Part shown: positions 46,671 to 56,502 of the stretch, piece by piece | Numbering within the stretch: the stretch's first letter is position 1 | Layout of the letters: each line of letters opens with the position of its first letter | Assembly: GCA_043821285.1 (NCBI GenBank) | Contig: JBDRCZ010000019.1 | Location: forward strand, 2,234 to 66,233 | Source of the DNA: Candidatus Omnitrophota bacterium | Lineage (GTDB): Bacteria; Omnitrophota; Gorgyraeia; B26-G9; JBDRCZ01 | Length of the DNA: 64,000 bases | Direction of reading: 5' to 3' | The notes under the pieces: generated by a model | Databases searched by the model: none | What the model saw: only the letters and a program-made list of their open reading frames with translations | Told to the model about the DNA's origin: nothing | Made by a program: the position numbers and the translations under genes

Positions 46671-48305
46671 CTATATCTTTGCCGGAGGTAAAAAAATTAT
46701 AAACTTCGTTCCTTTTCCTTCTTCACTCACCACCTCGATTGCGCCCTGATGATCTTTAATAATCTGGTAACTCACCGCCAGTCCTAATCCTGTTCCTTTA
46801 TCTTTTGTCTTGGTTGTGTAAAATGGTTCGAAAATACGGGGAATATCTTTTTCAGGAATTCCCATTCCGGTATCACTGAATTCAATCTTTATTCCCCATG
46901 GTGATTGTTGAATACCTTCATATCGCATGTTCTCCGTCACAATTGTCAAATCACCGCCATCAGGCATAGCCTGCTGGGCATTTAAAATGATGTTCGTAAA
47001 TACCTGTTGCAGCTGGTTTGTTATCCCCATGGTCTTGGATAAATCCGGATCAAGACTGGTTACCAGATTTATATTTTTCAGTTTTAATTGATGTCCAATA
47101 ATCGAAATCGTCTCTTCGATTGCATGGTTAATATCCAGCACTTCCTGCTTAGCAAATATTGGTTTGCGGGAAAATTTAAGCAGGCTTTCGACGATTTTTT
47201 TACAACGGGTTGACTCTCTTTCAATCGATTCGATATATCTATTGCATGCCTTAAATTCTTCTACGCCAAAGTTGGGCCGTTTAAATTTTTCCAGCATAAA
47301 CTGAGAATATCCCAGAATCCCACCCAAAGGATTATTCAGTTCATGGGCGACCCCGGCTCCCAACTGCCCAACCGCAGCCATCTTTGCTGATTGGACAAGT
47401 TGCGCCTGTGCCTCTTTCAATTCTTTAGTGCGTTCCTCAACCTTTTGTTCCAATGTCCGGCTGTAATTTTCTATTTCATTCCGCGACCTTTTGAGTTCGG
47501 CTGTCATCTGATTAAAAGATTTTGCCAGTATACCGATTTCATCTTTCGCGTGCACATTTACCTGATAAGTTAAATCTCCTGCGGTAATCTTTTGTGTTCC
47601 CAGAACTAATTGACGAATAGGTCCAATGATTATCCCGACGAGAAAAAACGTTATGATGATCCCGATTATAATCACGATTGCTGTTAGTAAAATAATCTGA
47701 ATGGTTATGTTTTTTATTTCATTATTTATATGTGCCAAAGAAATTCCGATCTGGGCAAAACCGATTAACTCTTCTTTTACCGTGGTTACCTCTTCAAACC
47801 CCATAAGTTCTATTTCTTCACGACCCAAAAAAATCTGCTTGGTCTTAATCAAAGACATAATATTATACATCGGTTCATTATCCTCGGAAATAAACGGTGT
47901 TAATATTGGTTTAGACATATTTTCTGCATTTTTAATATCTGCGTCCGGCAGCTCAATTGCCCGATTATCTATAGGATTTCCGGATAAAGCCAAAATTTCT
48001 TTTTCGCGGCTTTGTATCAGACAATAGACCACATCCTCTTCTTCTAATAAACCTTCGACCAACATAACCAGCGGTTGTTTATTTGCGGTCAAAACTCCGT
48101 ACTCGCTGTTAACCGCAATATTTTTTACTAAAAATTCCCCTTTATTCAATAAATCTTTTTTGCGATGCCTTATTTCGTTTTTAATATAGTAATAACTTAA
48201 CGTCGCAGACGTTAAGATAATAATTCCCGAGATTGCTAATATGAATTTTGTCGGTAATGCCAGCTTAGCTATTTTCGAACCAGCCATTAATATACTCCTC
48301 TCCAT
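46671..48305 (-). CDS. Sensor histidine kinase: periplasmic sensor domain + HAMP + HisKA + HATPase_c
   Basis: 544 aa. Two TMs flank a ~170-aa periplasmic domain. HELNNPLGGILGYSQ is the H-box. N/G1/G2 boxes GDLTIVTENM...DTGMGIP...GTGLGLAV. Confidence 0.8.
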   Translation of the reverse strand: MERSILMAGSKIAKLALPTKFILAISGIIILTSATLSYYYIKNEIRHRKKDLLNKGEFLVKNIAVNSEYGVLTANKQPLVMLVEGLLEEEDVVYCLIQSREKEILALSGNPIDNRAIELPDADIKNAENMSKPILTPFISEDNEPMYNIMSLIKTKQIFLGREEIELMGFEEVTTVKEELIGFAQIGISLAHINNEIKNITIQIILLTAIVIIIGIIITFFLVGIIIGPIRQLVLGTQKITAGDLTYQVNVHAKDEIGILAKSFNQMTAELKRSRNEIENYSRTLEQKVEERTKELKEAQAQLVQSAKMAAVGQLGAGVAHELNNPLGGILGYSQFMLEKFKRPNFGVEEFKACNRYIESIERESTRCKKIVESLLKFSRKPIFAKQEVLDINHAIEETISIIGHQLKLKNINLVTSLDPDLSKTMGITNQLQQVFTNIILNAQQAMPDGGDLTIVTENMRYEGIQQSPWGIKIEFSDTGMGIPEKDIPRIFEPFYTTKTKDKGTGLGLAVSYQIIKDHQGAIEVVSEEGKGTKFIIFLPPAKI

Positions 48306-48336
48306 AAATTAGTGCCAAAGGCACTAATTTATGGTA

Positions 48337-49299
48337 TCATTCAAAAATATCCCGTGCCGCTTTTAATATCTGTTCAGGAATTTCTATCCCGATCTGTTTT
48401 GCGGTTCTACGATTAACCGATAAGTATAATTTTCTCGGGAGAGTAACCGGTAATTCCCGGGGCATTTTTCCTGACAATACCGCGGCAGCTAATTCACCCG
48501 ACTGTCTGCCAATATCTTCCAGATCATAGCTTATGCTAAATAATGCGCCGGCTTTAACATAACCCGCAGAAAGTCCCATAAAAGGTTTTCTGTGCCGTAA
48601 AGTGGTCAGAATAATGAATTGGGTAGCCTGCAGGGTAAAAATAGTACCATCCGCCACTCCCCATAAAACATCTATTTCTTTTAGCAACTCTTCTAACGCC
48701 TCGGGAACGTTTTTTTCGGAGTAAACCTTTTTTGCAACTAACACCAGCCCCATTTCCTGGACGGTCTTTGCTGCCTCATCGATTAAAAATTCCGTTTCCT
48801 TGGGATTGTAAAGTACGCCAATTTTCTGGGCATTTGGTATAACCTGTTTAATGTTTGTAAACTGGTCTTTTACAGAAAGATCCATCGCGGCGCCAGTAAG
48901 ATTATTTCCTGAAGACTCAAGTGAATCGACAAATCTTAACATCACCGGATTAAGCACTAAAGAAAAAACCACCGGGATATCGGTTGTACTATTTTTTGCA
49001 ATCTCGGTTGCCAATGACCCCAGGGCTAAAATTAAATCCGGTTTTTTTTCGATGATTTTTTTTGCGGCGCGATAATTTTCTGCTTCTGTACCGGCAAAAT
49101 CTAAGGTGATATATTGCGGCTTAATACCTTTTTGTTTAAATACGTTAGTAAACCCCTCCAATGCAATATTAAACGGCGTAACGTTACGGCTTTTAAAAAC
49201 AGCAATTATCGGCTGACCCTCGGCTTGAACAAAGTGAATTGCTCCAATAAAAATAATGAACGTAAATATAAAAAAACACCTGATATTTTTTTCTGACAT
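48337..49299 (-). CDS. Periplasmic substrate-binding protein of the ABC_sub_bind (COG2984/PF04392) family, with no ABC permease or ATPase partner nearby
   Basis: 320 aa with a signal peptide. ILALGSLATEIAKNSTTDIPVVFSLVLNP is shared with the two paralogs at 56503-57483 and 57749-58675. Confidence 0.7.
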   Translation of the reverse strand: MSEKNIRCFFIFTFIIFIGAIHFVQAEGQPIIAVFKSRNVTPFNIALEGFTNVFKQKGIKPQYITLDFAGTEAENYRAAKKIIEKKPDLILALGSLATEIAKNSTTDIPVVFSLVLNPVMLRFVDSLESSGNNLTGAAMDLSVKDQFTNIKQVIPNAQKIGVLYNPKETEFLIDEAAKTVQEMGLVLVAKKVYSEKNVPEALEELLKEIDVLWGVADGTIFTLQATQFIILTTLRHRKPFMGLSAGYVKAGALFSISYDLEDIGRQSGELAAAVLSGKMPRELPVTLPRKLYLSVNRRTAKQIGIEIPEQILKAARDIFE

Positions 49300-49405
49300 G
49301 AAATTTACCTTCTTTTTGTCACTTGCTATTTATTATAAACAATTGACCGGTTCATTTTCAACGAAAATCAGACTGGTTTATATTTTATCAGTAATTACCA
49401 TATAG

Positions 49406-50791
49406 TTATAGTTTTTTTCGTCGTGACCATAATTTATAGGCCGGTATCCCACTTGCGACCAATGCGATGCCGAACAGCGACTCTTGTGGTTTTTGCCCAA
49501 AGACAATAATCACGATAAGAATATTAGACAAAATAAAAATAATCGGGACAAAAGGATATCCCCAGCATTTAAATGGCCTCGGCATATCCGGTGCCTTGTA
49601 TCTTAATATAATTAAAGACACACCCACGAGCACGGAAAACATCGCAATAACAAATGAGGTAAAAATTAAAAGTTGTTCAAATGTTCCTGAAAAAATAAGC
49701 ACGGTAACACAAATCGCCTGTAAGAGTAGTGCCCAATGCGGCGTTATATATTTAGGGTGTAGGTGTGCTATTTTATCAAAAAAAATCTTATCTTTGGCCA
49801 TAGCAAAATAAATTCTTGCGCCGGTCATGATCATTACATTTAAACAACCAAGTATGGAAATTAAAATTAGGATATTAATCGGAACGGCCATCTTGCGTCC
49901 AAAAAGACTTATTGCTGCCAATGCCCCGATATCCAGTACATTCTTCATCTCTTCTAAAGGCAGTGCATAAAGGTAAACACAATTAACTAATAAATAAAGA
50001 CCAATGGTTATAAGTGTACCCAGCAAAAGCGCCAATGGCACGTTCCGCTGGGGGTTCTTAATTTCACTCGCAATATACGTTGCCCCGTTCCAGCCGGAAT
50101 AAGTAAAGATAACAAACATCAGACTCACGGCAAAAGGCCCAATAACAGAATAACCCGCAGTGTAATGCCAAAAATTTTCGTAATTGACCATGGTCCCTTT
50201 TCCAATGGCAAAGGCAAAAATAGATATCAGCAATAACGGCAGTATTTTTAAAACTGTCAATACATTCTCGATAAAACTACCCCACTTAATCCCAATATAA
50301 TTAATATATGTCAAACAATAAACCACCAGTAATCCCGCAAGTTGTCCTTTGTTAATTGAAAAAGAAAAAACATTTCCAATATTTACCGTAAAGATTACAA
50401 AAGAACTGCCTAACCATGGGGAAAAATTGGCCAAATATTTGGCAAAGGCAATACTCGATAAAGCAATCGATGCAGAAAATGACGCGAAAAGGGCTGTCCA
50501 GCCGACAAGGAATCCGATAATCGGTGAATATGCCCGTTTTAAATAAACGTATTCGCCGCCTGAATGCGGCATGGAAGCCGCCAGTTCCGCATAGGTTAGT
50601 GCCCCGGTAAAAGCAAAAATTCCGCCAACTACCCAAGTCAATAAAATAAGAAATCCCGAATCCAGACTTGCGGCTTGAAACCCTGTTGAGGTAAATATTC
50701 CCGTACCAATTATGTTTCCGACCACGACCATAATTGCACCAAATAACCCGATTTTTCTTGCAAATGTTTTTGTGCTGCTCATTCTATTCAT
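49406..50791 (-). CDS. Amino acid/polyamine/organocation (APC) family permease
   Basis: 461 aa with 12 TMs. An N-terminal GIFTSTG-like signature (GTGIFTSTGFQAAS). Confidence 0.8.
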   Translation of the reverse strand: MNRMSSTKTFARKIGLFGAIMVVVGNIIGTGIFTSTGFQAASLDSGFLILLTWVVGGIFAFTGALTYAELAASMPHSGGEYVYLKRAYSPIIGFLVGWTALFASFSASIALSSIAFAKYLANFSPWLGSSFVIFTVNIGNVFSFSINKGQLAGLLVVYCLTYINYIGIKWGSFIENVLTVLKILPLLLISIFAFAIGKGTMVNYENFWHYTAGYSVIGPFAVSLMFVIFTYSGWNGATYIASEIKNPQRNVPLALLLGTLITIGLYLLVNCVYLYALPLEEMKNVLDIGALAAISLFGRKMAVPINILILISILGCLNVMIMTGARIYFAMAKDKIFFDKIAHLHPKYITPHWALLLQAICVTVLIFSGTFEQLLIFTSFVIAMFSVLVGVSLIILRYKAPDMPRPFKCWGYPFVPIIFILSNILIVIIVFGQKPQESLFGIALVASGIPAYKLWSRRKKL

Positions 50792-50807
50792 TCGCCCCTT
50801 TCTTCTC

Positions 50808-53800
50808 TTATAATTCCTCTATTAACTTTTCAATCTGTTGTAACGTTGCTTGCGCCCTTATTCCGTAAATAGAATTCAATTCCAAAGCATCGTTTAAAAT
50901 TTTACGCGCTTCGAGAACTGAGGTTCTGGCACTGGTATAATCTTTAAGTTCTTTTTCAACCCATGCCTTTAAATAATAGCAATCGCCTAAATCTACATAC
51001 AGTTTATATTCATCAGGAGTAATGCGATAGATCTTTTTATAATATTCTATTGCCGTGTTAAAATCTTTTAGCGCATCTTTATTTTGCCCGATTTCTTTTT
51101 TTAATCTTCCCCAGTGATAATAAAGATACCCCAGCGCATCATATCCCGCTACTGAAGTTTCTAAGGTTATCGAATTTGCCAGTTTTACTTTTGCTAACCC
51201 CATATATTTTTCTGCTTCTTTATAGCGGGCATTGACAAACATTAATATAGCATAATTTAAATAAGCACGTCCGAGTTCAATATCATTATAATAAAAATCC
51301 GGCCTTTTTCGATCTGCATCTTTCAAATAGGAAATTGCCTGCTGAAAGCTGGACTTGGCTTCATAAAAATTGCTGTTTTTTATGTATAAATTCCCCCGCT
51401 GTGAATATAAAAAACCTAAGACCAGATATGCAATGTATGGATTTTTATCTATCCCCAGCGCTTCTTTGGCAATATCTATTGCTCCTTCGGTCACTTCAAT
51501 CTTACCGGCTACTTCTTGAAAATAAAGTTTAAGCGTCTGATGTATTTTATGATAATACTCAACTTTTCGCTTATTTTTTAATAAACCGATGTACGAACCG
51601 TAATAAGCCGACATTAGTGGACTCATATCTATTGCTTTTTTCATATATTGAATAGCTAAGGCAATATCGCCCGTATGCTGATAAAATACCGACATTTGCG
51701 CCGGAACCACGGAAAAATAGGGAAAATCTTCCGATGCCTTTTTTAGTGTTTTAACCGCATCTTCTAATTTATTGTTATGGAAATAGGTTAAGGCAAGATA
51801 AAGGTATTGTGCAATATCAGGTTCATTTTTTAATTTCTGTTTGTATATTCTGATTAATTCCAAATGGTTGCCTTGGGGAAAAAGATATTGTGAAACGGCG
51901 CGGTTTATTCTTAAAAATTTTTCATAAACGCCATTATTATAAAACGAGCCAAGATTATATGTCGTATCATATAAAATCAGCAGTCCTTGGATATTTAAAA
52001 CTTTAAACACCTTATCAATGTTTTTGTACACTTCTTGCGAATCAATATACATTAAAACATTCTGTACGCTGACAAGATCGTATGGCGGCCGGAAATTTTC
52101 CGGTAAATTAACCGGCAAATCAGTCAGGATATTTTGTTCTTTAAAGATGATGTGTTCCTTAAAAAAATTCACGTCTTTTATACTATATCCGTTATCCACT
52201 TTTATAAAATATTTCATAATTTTCTGCTTTATTTCTTCGGGAACGCGCAAAAAGGCATCTTCAGGAAAAGTCATTTTTTCCGCAATCTCCACGACCCGCT
52301 GATCATAATCCGTCGCTAAAATATAAAAATCCTTAATCCCCAGCTCAAGCAGTGCCATGGCAAAGGTTAGTGGTTCCTGTCCGGTCGAGCAGGCAAATAC
52401 TTTTAGTTTTAATGGTCGATTTTGCGCTTTTGCTTTTGCCGCCAGTGGTGGTATATACCTCAGGAATTCTTTAACCTCAGTCCAGTTACGGTAAAAATAG
52501 GTACTGCTTAAAGTATAAAACTTTACCGATAAGGAAAAAAGCAATTGATCATCTACTTTATCCAACTGACCAATGCCATTTGACAGTAAATAATTATTCA
52601 GGTTTTCACTCAATTGATATTTATCTTTATCACTTAACTCGATAAAAAATACCGTCTTATACCGCCTTTTGATTTTTTCGGCTAATTGATCATAGGTATT
52701 ATTGTTTAATTTATGATCTTTAAGAACGGTAATATATTCGGCTATTGCCGTATTGATCATTTTTGCCGGTAACAGGCGATCATCCACATGTTCCAATAAA
52801 TTAGCTATGTTATTTAGCACGTTAAAATCATTAATTAAAAAATACCAGTCATAAATTTTGCTCCCATCCTGTTTATATCTGACAAACGGCTTATTTAGAA
52901 ACTTTATTAATTTTTCTTTTGACAGCTCAAAATCTGTTATAAATTCTGTATCGCCTAATACCGCGGGGGCGGTGTAATTATCTAAAGGAGCGGTGATATC
53001 AAACAAAAGATTATAAGGATTTTTTATGGAAACATTTCCCGATACGGCAATCATTCTCTTCGCGGGATTGCTGCCCAAGCGGGCAAGAATACTAACTACA
53101 TTCTTATCGTGCATTAGATCTTTGACCAGCGCATTATCAAAATATACCTTTTCTGCAAATTTGTCCGAGCTCGTAAACAAATGCCGCTTTTGATTAGCCT
53201 GATTGGGTTGGATATCTTTTGCACTTAAGGTATGTGTTAACCAGCTAATTATCTTTTCCTCGACTTCATGCCGGACATCGGAAAGAAATAATCTTGTCCC
53301 GTGTCCCTTTTGATTATATATTTTTAATTCTTTAACCCCTTGATAATTCTCATAAAGATGTTTGCCGGATGCATAGTTTTGTTCTGTTTCATCTAAAAAT
53401 ACTAACAGGCTAATATCTTTTTTAGCTATATTTTTTATCTCGTTTTTAACTTCGACTCCCAGATAATTAAATGCCGGAGACATCAATACCATGCTGCATA
53501 TATTATTAGATACAGCCGCAAGTTGTATCGCAACATTACACCCAAGGCTCGCACCAATAAGCCCAACCCTCTCCAGATCAACGCCCGGCTGCTGCAATAA
53601 AAAATCTCTGGCCGCAGTTGCATCCTTTATCATGTCTTGATATGCGGCATATTTAAATTTTTGCCAATTAATATCCTTGCCTTTTTGCACGTTACTTTGG
53701 CCATGTCCGCGCAGGTCAATTGCCAGCACAACATATCCTTCCTGCTGTAATTTTTGCGCAAAGGCATGCCAATCCTCTTTGCTCCCCTGCCACATATGAA

Positions 53801-54017
53801 AAAGCATCACTGCCGGCCTGCTGTTTGTATCCTGATGAAAATATAAAGTGCCTTTGATAATCACGCTATCACTGGTAGAAAACTCCACGGTTTTTACCGG
53901 ATATTCCATAGAAAATGCCAATCTGGCATTAAAAATAACCAATAACAAAAATATAAATACTACCTGATTAAAATTTTTCACCTTCTCTACTCCTGGCAAT
54001 CGCCCTGAATTCGTCAA
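50808..54017 (-). CDS. Tripartite protein: N-terminal signal/anchor + alpha/beta-hydrolase (dienelactone-hydrolase-like), a central CheR-type SAM methyltransferase, and C-terminal TPR repeats
   Basis: 1069 aa from a TTG. An alternative GTG start at ~53978 has an AGGAG RBS. GASLGCNVA is the GxSxG. KVFACSTGQEPLTFAMAL...ATDYDQRVVEIAEK...YDLVSVQNVLMYID aligns to CheR motifs (xxxACSTGEEPYSxAM...ASDID...FCRNVMIYFD). The C-terminal ~400 aa are TPR-like. Confidence 0.65.
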   Translation of the reverse strand: MTNSGRLPGVEKVKNFNQVVFIFLLLVIFNARLAFSMEYPVKTVEFSTSDSVIIKGTLYFHQDTNSRPAVMLFHMWQGSKEDWHAFAQKLQQEGYVVLAIDLRGHGQSNVQKGKDINWQKFKYAAYQDMIKDATAARDFLLQQPGVDLERVGLIGASLGCNVAIQLAAVSNNICSMVLMSPAFNYLGVEVKNEIKNIAKKDISLLVFLDETEQNYASGKHLYENYQGVKELKIYNQKGHGTRLFLSDVRHEVEEKIISWLTHTLSAKDIQPNQANQKRHLFTSSDKFAEKVYFDNALVKDLMHDKNVVSILARLGSNPAKRMIAVSGNVSIKNPYNLLFDITAPLDNYTAPAVLGDTEFITDFELSKEKLIKFLNKPFVRYKQDGSKIYDWYFLINDFNVLNNIANLLEHVDDRLLPAKMINTAIAEYITVLKDHKLNNNTYDQLAEKIKRRYKTVFFIELSDKDKYQLSENLNNYLLSNGIGQLDKVDDQLLFSLSVKFYTLSSTYFYRNWTEVKEFLRYIPPLAAKAKAQNRPLKLKVFACSTGQEPLTFAMALLELGIKDFYILATDYDQRVVEIAEKMTFPEDAFLRVPEEIKQKIMKYFIKVDNGYSIKDVNFFKEHIIFKEQNILTDLPVNLPENFRPPYDLVSVQNVLMYIDSQEVYKNIDKVFKVLNIQGLLILYDTTYNLGSFYNNGVYEKFLRINRAVSQYLFPQGNHLELIRIYKQKLKNEPDIAQYLYLALTYFHNNKLEDAVKTLKKASEDFPYFSVVPAQMSVFYQHTGDIALAIQYMKKAIDMSPLMSAYYGSYIGLLKNKRKVEYYHKIHQTLKLYFQEVAGKIEVTEGAIDIAKEALGIDKNPYIAYLVLGFLYSQRGNLYIKNSNFYEAKSSFQQAISYLKDADRKRPDFYYNDIELGRAYLNYAILMFVNARYKEAEKYMGLAKVKLANSITLETSVAGYDALGYLYYHWGRLKKEIGQNKDALKDFNTAIEYYKKIYRITPDEYKLYVDLGDCYYLKAWVEKELKDYTSARTSVLEARKILNDALELNSIYGIRAQATLQQIEKLIEEL

Positions 54018-54663
54018 TGTTTTTTTTAAGATTCCTGTCTAATTGTATTGCTCTCCTAAAATCTTTTCCCGCCTTTTTCTTTTCTCTCTGTAAAACATAG
54101 ATCCTGCCCCGGGTAAAATAACTGAATGCATGATCTCTATTCAGTTTAATTGCACCGGATATATCCCGCATTGCTTCATCTAATTTATTTAACTCCATAA
54201 GAATAAGCGCCCGGTTGTTTAAAGAAAAAAAGTTTTCCGGTTCTAACTCGATGGCAATATTGGCATTTTCTAATGCCTTTTCTAATTCATGCAGATTATA
54301 AAATACCCAGGCAAGATTATTATGAACAATATGATCAAGGCGGTTAATCTCTAATGCGCGGTATAAATCTTTTAGCGCCTGGTCATATTTTTCAAGTTCC
54401 GTGTACAAAAAAGAACGTGCAATATATGCACGTATTAACTTCTCTCCGCTATTGTTCTGACCGCGTTCGGATTCAATTATTTTCGTGTTCGCGGCGATCT
54501 TTTGCTCAATATTCGAAATGTTTGGCAGATATTTCCAATTTTTAAAATTTGCGGCAAAAATAACATCCGCTAAGACAAAAACCAAATATACAAATACAAA
54601 TAAACCAATTAATAAATTCCCCTGCCCATTCTCTTCTTCAATTATGTTGCTAATTCCGTTCAC
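53968..54663 (-). CDS. TPR-repeat protein with an N-terminal membrane anchor
   Basis: 231 aa. TM LLIGLFVFVYLVFVL, then several 34-aa TPR-like repeats (ALKDLYRALEINRLD..., ALENANIAIELEPENFF...). Confidence 0.6.
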   Translation of the reverse strand: MNGISNIIEEENGQGNLLIGLFVFVYLVFVLADVIFAANFKNWKYLPNISNIEQKIAANTKIIESERGQNNSGEKLIRAYIARSFLYTELEKYDQALKDLYRALEINRLDHIVHNNLAWVFYNLHELEKALENANIAIELEPENFFSLNNRALILMELNKLDEAMRDISGAIKLNRDHAFSYFTRGRIYVLQREKKKAGKDFRRAIQLDRNLKKNIDEFRAIARSREGEKF

Positions 54664-54689
54664 CCCCTTAAATATGCGAGTTGCGCTGT

Positions 54690-56465
54690 TTAGCCGGCAA
54701 TTTCCGATTCCTGTTTATTATTATCTTCCGCTTCTTCTTTTAATTTAAACCGCTTTACTAAATTTGCCAAACTTGCCGCCATTTTTGATAATTCTTCGGA
54801 TGAAGAAGTCATTTCTTCCATCGATGAGGTTTGCTGCTGGGTTGAAGTTGAAGTTTCCTGCGCTGCGGACGAGCTCTCCTGGGCAATTGCCGCCAATTCC
54901 TCAATTGCCTTAACTACCCCTTGGGTAACCTTAAGTTGTTCCTGGGCTGCGGTTGAAATATCCGTAACCATTACCGCGGTCTTTTCTACGGTAGTAATAA
55001 TCTCACTGAGCGCTTTTCCGGCCCGATTAACCACTTCTCTTCCACTGGTAACTTCTTTTGAGCCCACCTCGATTGTCCCCACTGCCTTACCAATCTCCGT
55101 CTGTATCCCTTTGATTAATCCGCCAATTTTAGTTGTTGCATCCGCTGACCCCTCCGCTAATTTTCTGATCTCCTCCGCGACCACGGCAAAACCGCGGCCG
55201 GTCTCGCCGGCGCGTGCCGCTTCAATCGCGGCATTTAATGCCAAAAGATTGGTCTGGTCAGCAATCTTCGTAATTACTTCCGTAATTTCACCAATTTGCA
55301 GAGAACGTTCATTTAAGGCACGGATTAAATTCGTGGCAATCGTTACAACTTCCGCAATTTTATCCATCTTTCCGACTGTTTCTTCCGTTGCCTCACCTCC
55401 GACTTGCGCCCGGTCCCTGGCTTGCTGTGAGGCCTCGGCTGCATGCTGAGCATTTTCTGTCACTTGCCGTACCGACCCAGACATTTCATCCATAAGCTTA
55501 GATATTTCCCCCATACGTATTGCCTGGGTCGTAACCCCTTTAGATATCTGCTGGATGGTTGAAGAAATTTCCAATGTTGATGCATTCATGTGCTGGGTAA
55601 ATGAAGACATCTCTTGCGCCGAGGAATTTACTTTCTCTGCCGTGTTTCTAATCTGGCCAACAATATGGTGGGTACTTCGAATAAGCGTGTTAAACCCATC
55701 CGCTAACTGCCCAATCTCATCTTTTAATTGAATATTTACCTGTTGGGTTAGGTCTCCTTCTGCCGCGTTCTGAGCTCCTAACAGTAATAATTTAATTGGA
55801 TAAATTAATCTTTTTACCCCGGCAATAGTTACTACCGTACTAATCAGAATGATTATAAGGGTTAACATTATCGTAGTATTAGTGATGCGTTTGGTTAACA
55901 AATCCGTATTTTTAAGAGAGATGCCCACGCGGGCAACCCCGATCTTGCCTTTGCTTGTTTCTTTCAATTCCTTATCTTCCGAAAACAACCCCATTTCCAA
56001 CTCCGAAAATCCTCCGCCAATTGAATACACTGGCACGGTAATATCATATAAAGATTCCCTGTTTTTATTTTCATATACCTCAACAACCGGTTCAGTCGCG
56101 GTTATTGCTTTTGCATTTATTTTACCACCCAATCCCAGTTCTTCCATGCCGCTTTCACTACTTGCTAAAACATTACCTTCTAAATCTTGAGTTATGGCGT
56201 AAACCACGTCATCCTCTTTCATCACCCCATCAATAAGCTTAGAAAGCATTTCGCGGTTGGCAATCAATACGCCATATTCACTGTTATAGGCTAAATTTTT
56301 CGCTAAAGAAAGCCCGCGTTTTCGCAGATCCTCATATGCCTGTTGATTTACATATCTTATAAAATAAAAACTCAAGCTGCTGGCAACAATAATAATTAGT
56401 AAGGCAATTGAAATTACGGCCTTAAGCTGTAATCCGATCCTAAATGTTTTATGAGAAATATCCAT
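54690..56465 (-). CDS. Methyl-accepting chemotaxis protein (periplasmic sensor + HAMP + MCP signalling domain)
   Basis: 591 aa. The highly conserved MCP hairpin tip [31 protein letters not shown]. The N-terminal sensor is homologous to that of the kinase at 46671-48305. Confidence 0.85.
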   Translation of the reverse strand: MDISHKTFRIGLQLKAVISIALLIIIVASSLSFYFIRYVNQQAYEDLRKRGLSLAKNLAYNSEYGVLIANREMLSKLIDGVMKEDDVVYAITQDLEGNVLASSESGMEELGLGGKINAKAITATEPVVEVYENKNRESLYDITVPVYSIGGGFSELEMGLFSEDKELKETSKGKIGVARVGISLKNTDLLTKRITNTTIMLTLIIILISTVVTIAGVKRLIYPIKLLLLGAQNAAEGDLTQQVNIQLKDEIGQLADGFNTLIRSTHHIVGQIRNTAEKVNSSAQEMSSFTQHMNASTLEISSTIQQISKGVTTQAIRMGEISKLMDEMSGSVRQVTENAQHAAEASQQARDRAQVGGEATEETVGKMDKIAEVVTIATNLIRALNERSLQIGEITEVITKIADQTNLLALNAAIEAARAGETGRGFAVVAEEIRKLAEGSADATTKIGGLIKGIQTEIGKAVGTIEVGSKEVTSGREVVNRAGKALSEIITTVEKTAVMVTDISTAAQEQLKVTQGVVKAIEELAAIAQESSSAAQETSTSTQQQTSSMEEMTSSSEELSKMAASLANLVKRFKLKEEAEDNNKQESEIAG

Positions 56466-56502
56466 ATATAACCTCCTGCATCAATACGTTTAATTATTAT
56501 AG

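Noticed and set aside
50808-54017. Reading the alpha/beta-hydrolase domain as a CheB-type methylesterase
   Set aside because: CheB methylesterase has its own distinct fold and a Ser-His-Asp arrangement unrelated to dienelactone-hydrolase-like GxSxG enzymes. The functional analogy is kept only as a hypothesis in the findings.
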